Shown: positions 54,225-64,000 of the stretch, piece after piece | Layout of the letters: every line of letters begins with the position of its first letter | Position numbering within the stretch: position 1 is the first letter of the stretch | Origin: Eledone cirrhosa | Taxonomy: Eukaryota | Length of the DNA stretch: 64,000 nt | Assembly: GCA_964016885.1 (NCBI GenBank) | Contig: OZ024740.1 | Span: 122,202,001 to 122,266,000 of the forward strand | Direction: 5' to 3' | Notes under the pieces: model-generated | Told to the model about the DNA's origin: nothing | Database searches by the model: none | What the model saw: the letters and a program-made list of their open reading frames with translations, nothing else | Made by a program: the position numbers and the translations under genes

Positions 54225-54910
54225 TAGCTAAGCTACCCGTCCTTTGGACAGTTCAAGTAGTTTTCGATGTAGCTCATTAAACTAAACAATGTAAATTTGA
54301 ATACATAGAAGAAAAACGTACTTTATGTAAACATGAAAACCTTAGGCTCTATTCCAGAGAAATAATTAATATGTGAGCTCGGTGACTTTTTTGACAACAA
54401 ATAGAGAAGTGAAGTGAATAATAGACACTATCATGTACAAAGCATAATATTGTAAACGTTATAACATCACTTAATCTGAGAACATCAAGCTTGAAACGAT
54501 ACATTTTACAATGTCAAATCTAAAACTTAACTTAGTAATCTGTTAGAAATTGCTGGTTGTGAAATATACAAAATGCTATTGTTAGTCTCAATGAAGCGTA
54601 CCATTTGTTTCAAGTACAAAGAGTAAATTAAAATCTGAATAGGCCGAATTACGAAAGATAACTCTTGTCTTACTTAAAGATAACTCTTGTCTTACTTAAT
54701 CACGAAATTTCACACAGATAACCGAAATTTTTTAAGGTCTCCATAAACCGCAATATCGATTTTTGAAAGCCTGTGTATATCATGTACAGGTTTTGTGCGA
54801 GGAGAAGCTCTGTAAACAATTTCAAAGAAATCGCATGGATGGTTTAGAATATGTGAGACCTCATTAAACTTTGTCCACACACACACATATAGAAAACTTC
54901 GTCTTTATAT
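54224..54910 (-). mobile_element. Probable non-autonomous Helitron
   Basis: Minus strand ends ...gtcc aaa ggac gggtagcttagCTAG followed by T, with a subterminal hairpin; inserted in (TA)n; non-coding. Confidence 0.5.
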
Positions 54911-55276
54911 ATATATACATATATACATATACAGACATATTATACATATGCAGACATAGTATGGAACACGAAATGAATGAACTCTTTCAGGGTGGGAGAT
55001 AATTATTCGATTGTATAAGGCCTGCGAAAAGAGAGTTTAGAGATCGTTTGAACCAGGTACAGAAACTAAGGACAACCGAACGCATCGGTTTCTACCGTAT
55101 TTAAATGTATAATTGCACGTTTACAGGTATGGGATAAGCAAAGTGACTGGAGTATATTCATAAGCAGCCGTTTTATTCCCTGTAAATGAAGTAATTTCGC
55201 AGACAGGTCGAAGGTAAAACTCTTGTATTTCCTATGCAATTTCGTTCATTTTCAGTAACTTCGCGTTACACTCGCT

Positions 55277-55320
<44 letters not shown>

Positions 55321-55340
55321 AGGAAGTGATATTTCACTTG

Positions 55341-55471
55341 AAGCATTGTGTAATGAGGTATAAACGTTTCTATATGTATAATAAAGCCAAAACAATGCAG
55401 GTATGGACATAGAATAAATTTATTATATGTCCATACCTGCATTGTTTTGGCTTTATTATACATATACAAAC

Positions 55472-55475
<4 letters not shown>
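55341..55475. repeat. Short palindrome (~55-bp arms) between (TA)n tracts
   Basis: tatatgtataataaagccaaaacaatgcaggtatggacata pairs with tatgtccatacctgcattgttttggctttattatacatata. Confidence 0.75.
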
Positions 55476-55512
<37 letters not shown>

Positions 55513-55711
55513 GCTTTCACATGGAAACAGATGAGTGTTGCCGTACATGTACGGCAACACTCATCTTTTTCCACTATCAGGCCCCACTATCAGGCTAGAA
55601 ATGTCTTTAGTCTAAAATACGGTGAAAGCTTATAATTTCTAATTCCTAATTTCAAACTCGCGCACCGTTTCAAAAACATACTTACATGTTTACGTTTATA
55701 ATTTACTTGTT

Positions 55712-55743
<32 letters not shown>

Positions 55744-55832
55744 TTTAAGAATTAAACAAGATTCAATGAATAAATCAAAGAATGCGTTTTACAATAGATG
55801 GAAGCACTCTACGGTAATTTGTTTTCCAGGTT

Positions 55833-56455
55833 TATTAATATTAATTCAGAATATTTACAAAATAGATATTCTTGTGATCAATTATATTTTATTATACATA
55901 TTTCAGAGGTACTGAATTAAGTTCAACAGTACGTCCTAATCAGATAAAATAAAATGATACATGACATTCCCTGAGATGGTAGATGGTTAAGATTTAATCA
56001 AATTAGTGATTAACTTATGACAAAATTAAATATTTATACCCTAATATTGAGAACATGAGATAACGTTGTACAAACAATAGAGAGGGGGCGAGTAATATAT
56101 TTTAAGAAATACATGGCATCAATATAACAGTTATACAATTTTTTAATTTTTAAAAACTACTATAGAAAGAGGAGGGAAAGGAAAGCGCTAGAGGAAGAAA
56201 CTCGCATTCTCTCTATTGTTTGTATTACGTTATCTCATGTTCTCAATATTAGGGTATAAATATTTAATTTTGTCATAAGTTAATCACTACCTTTATTTTA
56301 TCTTAACCATCTACCATGTTAAGGTATGCCATGTATCATTTTATTTTATCTGATGAGGACATACTGTTGACCTTAATTCTGTACCTCTGAAATATGTATA
56401 ATAAAATATAATTGATCACAAGAATATCTAGTTTGTTAATATTTTGAATTAATAT
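55833..56455. mobile_element. Head-to-head inverted mini-element with a hammerhead in each arm
   Basis: Arms ~55833-56094 and ~56200-56455 are reverse-complementary. Confidence 0.8.
56343..56407 (+). ncRNA. Type-I hammerhead motif (mirror on the minus strand at ~55885-55950)
   Basis: ATTTTAT-CTGATGA-GGA...TCT-GAAA-TAtgTA-TA-ATAAAAT: 7-bp stem I; the mirror copy shows the GTACTG/CAGTAC stem II helix. Confidence 0.7.
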
Positions 56456-56733
56456 ATATATATAGGGCGGTGCCCCAGCATGGCCTCAGCCGGATGGCTG
56501 AAACAGGTAAAAGAGTAATATATATATATATATATATATATATTAATAAGAGGAATTCCAACTTTGTCTGATTTACTCGTTTTATTTACAATCCTTTAAA
56601 ATATATAATGGTATTATAATGAAATAGTATGATAGAATATTAAATTCTAAGTGTTAATTGAACAAGTACGTTCATGCTTTCGCAATCTTCAGGTTCATAA
56701 TATGTGGTGACAGTCGAGTTTGCAATATATATA

Positions 56734-57043
56734 TATAGTGAAATAAAAAGGTCGATTGGTTACTCCTTCAATACTTTTATTGGTTGGTGACGCGCGTTGC
56801 GCCACCCATCAGCTCAAGGTTCGATCTGTATCGATCCGCGGCTCGTCAGGCCCCTTGTAAGGGTAATGGAAAAATGAAAAAAAAAACTTCCATTATCATT
56901 ACAATGGGGCTGAGAAGTCGCGGTTTACAGAGTCAGGTCAGATCGATACAGATCGAACCTTGAGCTTATCAGTGGCGAAACGCGCGTCACCAACCGATAA
57001 ACGTAATGAAGGTGTAACCAATCGTCCTTTTAATTTCACTATA
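56734..57043. mobile_element. Head-to-head inverted mini-element with hammerhead motifs
   Basis: Left arm (minus): CTGACGA-GCCGC...GTGGC-GCAA-CGCGCG-TC; right arm (plus): CTGAGAA-GTCGC...GTGGC-GAAA-CGCGCG-TC; the consensus is a canonical core. Confidence 0.75.
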
Positions 57044-57588
57044 ATACACTCTGTATAGCTCTACACGTCGATACCAAAGTAAACCTAAACATCGAGTGCT
57101 CACCCGGGTGACCCTACAATAATACACTCCCTGGAAGATCATCGGTAACTACGGAGCCGCAGGTTTTATATCGGAGTTATCCCAGTTTCCGAGTTGCCTT
57201 CTCCGATAAGAATGCCTTGACAAAGGCTAAGAGTCCTTCACTCCCAGTGGTTAACCGCGCGATCGGGTGTCCAGGCCGACTATTTCTATGTCCCCGCGCA
57301 TATACATACATATGTACATGTGTATATACATATTTACACACTTCTGGATGGCCGTTGACTCTTATGAGTTCTTCACCCCTTTTTCAGGTTTTGCTTTTTT
57401 GTCCTGCAGAGTGTCCAAAATGACCCTGCTCACGAAGTAAACTTGGTGGGATTGCCGGCTTAGTCGCCGACGACCCGACCATGCGACAGATTGAACTGGG
57501 TTACATGATACCAGTAGCACTCAAGAATGACCCGACAAGGGTGAAAGCAGCGATTCTTTGCTTAAACTTTAATCTGTTATTTTAATAA

Positions 57589-57699
<111 letters not shown>

Positions 57700-57717
57700 A
57701 ATATATATATATAAATA

Positions 57718-59758
57718 TCTTTATATATATAAAAGCCTTAAGTATATATATATATATAAATATCTTTATATATATAAAAGCCTTAAATATGCAAAGTTGT
57801 AACTTTGCATACTTACGGCTTTTACAATTACCAACTGAATGTGACCAAATGTTCTGTGCACGTTGCACAGGCCGCTAAGATTGTCACATCAGAAACATTT
57901 TTCAAATCGACTTTCGTTTTGCAATAAAAAATCGATATCAAAATTATCGGTAGAAGAATTGATGTAAGGGGGATAACAAACTTTATTGACAATCCTTATA
58001 AAAAAGGGAGATAACCAACTTTTCAGAAATATAAACATTCCATTCATTTGAAGATAAATCACTAATATTATCGTTTGTTTCTTGTTTATTCTTTGTTGCA
58101 CTTTCAAAGTTAAAAACACACTTGTTGTTTTAACTTGTTTCACTATATTAATTGTTAATTTTCGCCTTAAGGGCCTAATCTCGCAGCCGTCTCGAATTGA
58201 CGAGATTTTGATGATGGTTTGTTTATTTTTAGAACAATCGTTATGGGACTTTTCATTCAAACCATTAGGACCTACGGCATTTACATTTTTAAAACTTTCA
58301 TGAGGCATGTTGATACAAAAAAAAATGTGTTGCACTTTCAAAGTTAACTGTAGCGCTTCAATTCATACATTTTGACTTTACAACATTTTACCAAATATGC
58401 CCCGTCAAATAATGTATGCACATATTGGCTATCGGTCGAAGTAAACAATGCGTGTAAATGACGCTCCGCCGATAACCAAAAATAGACAATCACTAAATGC
58501 AGTGAGTACAGTTATTGCAACATCTTTGTCCGCCGCTGAGCGTCGGTTAGTGCGGCGAAACAATAATGCTAAAGCAACTGCTGCAGTACGAGCTGCAGAG
58601 ACTACAGAGCAACGTGAAACACGCCTTGCTATGGATGCTACAGATACTGCTGCAGCAAGATCTGCAAAGACAGTACAAAAATATGAAAGAATCCGTGCGC
58701 GTAATGCTTCAGCTAATGTTGAGGCAAGAGCAATTGAGACTGAACAAGAACGCCAAAGTCGGCAATTGAGAAATGCTTCAGCTACTGCTACGGCACGAGC
58801 TGTAGAGATTGTAACAAGTCAAGCTATTCGGCTGGAGGATAACGCTCAACGTAGAACTTTATCGCGGGGTATTTCATTGGCATTACGCTCACGATGGTAC
58901 CTTAAGGCAGTTAATTATAACCCTAATGTAAACTATTAAATCCATCCTGATATTCAAATATATGCCATGTCAAATACTTGTCAACACTGTAAAGCTAAAG
59001 AGTGTGTGTGTGTGTGTGGGGGGGGGGAGAATCAGCTGGAATGTGCTGCTCCAACGGTAATGTTAATTTGCCCACCCTTAGGGGACCACCGCAACCCCTC
59101 CAGATGCTTCTAACAGGTAAGCATTCACAATCAAGTGATTCTGAAGCATATCCGACAGTACAACATTGCGTTTCAAATGACCTCTTTCGGTGCAAAACGT
59201 CTGTTCACGAGTTGGCAGTCTATATAATCTTTTTGCGTTTGTTCGGAAAAGAAAAACAAAGAATATTGTCTATCTTGAAGTGTTAACAAAAAACTTATTA
59301 CAGCTCTGCCTTGACTTCACCTTACTCATTACAAAACATACCAATGAATATGTCATGCAGGATATTTTGGATTATAAGTTAAAACGTTAACCATACACAG
59401 CAAAGGATGCTCTCAAGGAATAGATTTTCTCTTATTCTACTCTCATTGTTTCTTTGTTTGTATACCACTGAGCTTTCATTACAACTTTTTCTACTTTAGA
59501 AAAACTACCTGTTTTTTTTACAGATTTGCAACGTGTATTGTCTTTAATCATTTGTATAACTACATCCTGTTCAGTGTTTTCCTTCATTATCAGCATACTT
59601 TTATGTGTACAAAGATTGCACTAAATATTCGTTTGCATTAATTATTGAAGACTTCTGCTTATTTTGACAGGTTGGGGACAAATAATGTTCTTCTTTTACT
59701 TCCTAGCTGTATATTCTTAGCATAATTTCAAAGCCCGAGCAACGCCGGGTAAATCTGG
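57718..59758 (+). mobile_element. Internally deleted Helitron
   Basis: 5' TC (duplicated start at 57718/57762); RepHel N-terminal remnants; 3' hairpin CCCG..CGGG (59734-59749) then CTGG followed by T. Confidence 0.75.
58448..59200 (+). pseudogene. Helitron RepHel N-terminus (ETxEQRxxRL repeats, Zn finger), truncated
   Basis: ETTEQRETRL/ETEQERQSRQ repeats; CQHCKAK...GESAGMCCSNGNVNLP; LKHIRQYNIAFQMTSFG; interrupted by a stop and a (GT)n expansion. Confidence 0.75.
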
Positions 59759-59780
59759 TTGTATATATATATAAGTATAT

Positions 59781-59915
<135 letters not shown>

Positions 59916-59927
59916 TATATATATATT

Positions 59928-61720
<1,793 letters not shown>

Positions 61721-61752
61721 ATAATAACTTGTGTGTTACACCTCTATTCTTT

Positions 61753-61793
<41 letters not shown>

Positions 61794-62589
61794 GTGTATA
61801 TGTAAGCGTATCCGTGTGTGTGTCTCACTGTGTCAGACATGAACTTAGTGGTTCGACGGATGAGATAAATACATATAAGTAGTGCTGTCGGGTAGATCGA
61901 ATAAATTACTTCAAGATGTTACCCGAGCATAACATGCAAGGGCTTTAAGTGGTTGCCTTATTGTTAAAGTTCAGTTACTTCTGCTGACATGGGAGTAAGA
62001 GACATTATCATATGCATCTGTTGTATTTTAGTCATAATTTCTCTAATTACTGTTCGGGGATTTTCTTATGAAAGTTTCAGATAATTAATCAATGATTTTA
62101 CCAAGCGGAACATTAGATTTACATGCATCGTCAAAAGAGAATAAAATTGTTTCCCATAACAAAATTCCTCTTATTACAAAGAACATCGGAATCTCATAAT
62201 TATAGAATTATAATTGTTGTTGTTGTTGCTTAACCCCATGGTCTACTCTGTATTAGTAGACCTATGGTCTAGATTGTTGCAAACAGCAATGCCTCGTTAT
62301 TCTGTTAGATCTGTTTCTATTGGTGAATTAAGGCGAAATATAATGTCTGCGACTCTTTAGGAGTTTCCAAAATTGATGCCAAAAATAGAAGGGTGATATA
62401 TTCAAACCATTGGTCCGAATGGTCTCTATAGACTACGCTAACGGTACCCAAGGGCCATGTGGTGATGCTAATTTCGGATACATATTAAGAAGATTACAGC
62501 ACAATAGACTACAGTTAGATTTAAGCTCAGAAAGCAACGCGCCGGAACTAATACTGTAAGCCATATATTTACGGCTTGACCACTATATT

Positions 62590-62735
62590 GTTCTAGGCTG
62601 TTAATTCATTTATCGATCCGGAAGCCTTAAAGGCAAAGTTGTTCTTGGGATTTGAACACAGAACGCAAGGATTTTGAATAAATTCTACAAGATATCTTGT
62701 CCGGTCGGTGGTCTAACCTTTCTGCCAATTCTCTC
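62590..62735 (-). mobile_element. SINE remnant
   Basis: tttatcgatccggaag..aaaggcaaagtt...gggatttgaacacaga...ttctgccaatt matches 1150-1275. Confidence 0.6.
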
Positions 62736-64000
62736 CCAACCTAGGATAAAGTTGTCCAACGTTCTTCCTTTTCAAGACGGTAGAACATAATTGGAGGAAT
62801 AATTGGCGGCTTTCTGACAGCAATAACAGCTAGTTTGAAACTTCTTTATTAGCTAGATAATTATGGAGAAGGTAGTAAATAATATATATTATGGCTAATA
62901 AACGGTTAAAATAGATTACGTTTCAAATCAGAAATTTTAATACTGTATTTCATTCAAAAACTAACGTTATTTGGTACGTTTATGAGCAGTTAATTATAAA
63001 TAGGGTATGCGAACATAATTTTCACCATCCAGGCATACTAGCGCAACAAGCACCATCATTTACTATCAGGAAACAACTTATATGAGGTTGCTTATCGTGT
63101 CCGATTCGTCATCGAAAAATAGTACCCTGGTCAAATATGGTTTGAAATACATAAAACGTTTTAATTCATAGAAATAGCCGGAAGATGCCAGTCTTTCATA
63201 TTCTCAGAGTCATATAATAATAGATATAACTGAAGGTCGTACCCCAGCCAGACCAGTATTTAGGAACTGATACCAGTTAATAGAACACACGATACAAGCT
63301 GTCTATGACAAGAAGAAGTGCTTAGATGGTCAGGTGTTATCGGAGAGAAACATTAAAGATTATTACAACTGCGGATTATTGCGCAACTATATTGTCAATG
63401 GTTTTGATCTCTAGTACAATATATGTTTTTGTGAGTGCTATACGTCTTAAAGCATCAAAATGCGTTAATTCAATGTGTATCCTACTCCCGGTTTTCAATA
63501 ATTTTGAAACGCAATGAGAATTATAATACAAATGAATGTAAACAATTATTTATAAACAGCATATCAATTTATTGAAGATAAATTATTACAATTAATCTTA
63601 ACTTTCCAACATCTGTTTGTTTGTTTTTAAATGTTTTGTTATTGTATCTATGTTTGCTCGTGCAAAGAATTACAAGCAATTGTTTTGTAGTAAATAGAAT
63701 CGGTAATGTTTACAAAATCTAATAGCTAGCATCAATTGATTTCTAAGTAACTATCAGTTTCATAGAAACTTCTGAATATTAACAAATGCTTGAATTACAG
63801 TTTATTCGTTCTCCTCTTATCTTTGAAATGTTTAGCTGGTTAAATGCCATGTTTATAGACATTGTATACAACAGTCAAGGACACTGCCATTTATATATAG
63901 AAACCAATGCTAATTGTTTAAAACTTCCGAAAGGATTGCATAAATAGATTAAATTAAACCAATGTTTCGTTTATACTTATTTTAGAGGTTTCGGCATAAT

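Overview
AT-rich, microsatellite-dense animal genomic DNA with no convincing host protein-coding gene. A cephalopod/octopus origin is inferred from recalled cephalopod-type tRNA-SINEs and the repeat landscape. (1) 6.7-28.9 kb holds four co-oriented minus-strand L1/Tx1-clade LINEs (zinc-knuckle ORF1; APE-RT-CCHC ORF2) from at least two subfamilies, with nearly every end in (AAT)n tracts. The three copies that retain ORF1 share a GTAAGT splice-donor motif on the ORF1 stop and a 5'UTR hairpin. (2) 35.8-42.2 kb holds a Naiad-type Penelope-like element (PLE; RT + GIY-YIG) in a head-to-head arrangement, with a long-stem-II hammerhead in its pseudo-LTR. (3) Many unrelated non-coding 0.2-1.7 kb elements sit in (TA)n, mostly as outward-pointing inverted pairs, each carrying a minimal type-I hammerhead motif. 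Two of these families have a compensatory U3-A8 core. I interpret them as a non-autonomous, ribozyme-bearing PLE/retrozyme-like population. (4) Other content: decayed PLE, RTE and CR1-like fragments, a deleted Helitron, non-autonomous Helitrons, MITE-like inverted repeats and SINEs. All alignments and folds were done by eye; no activity has been tested.
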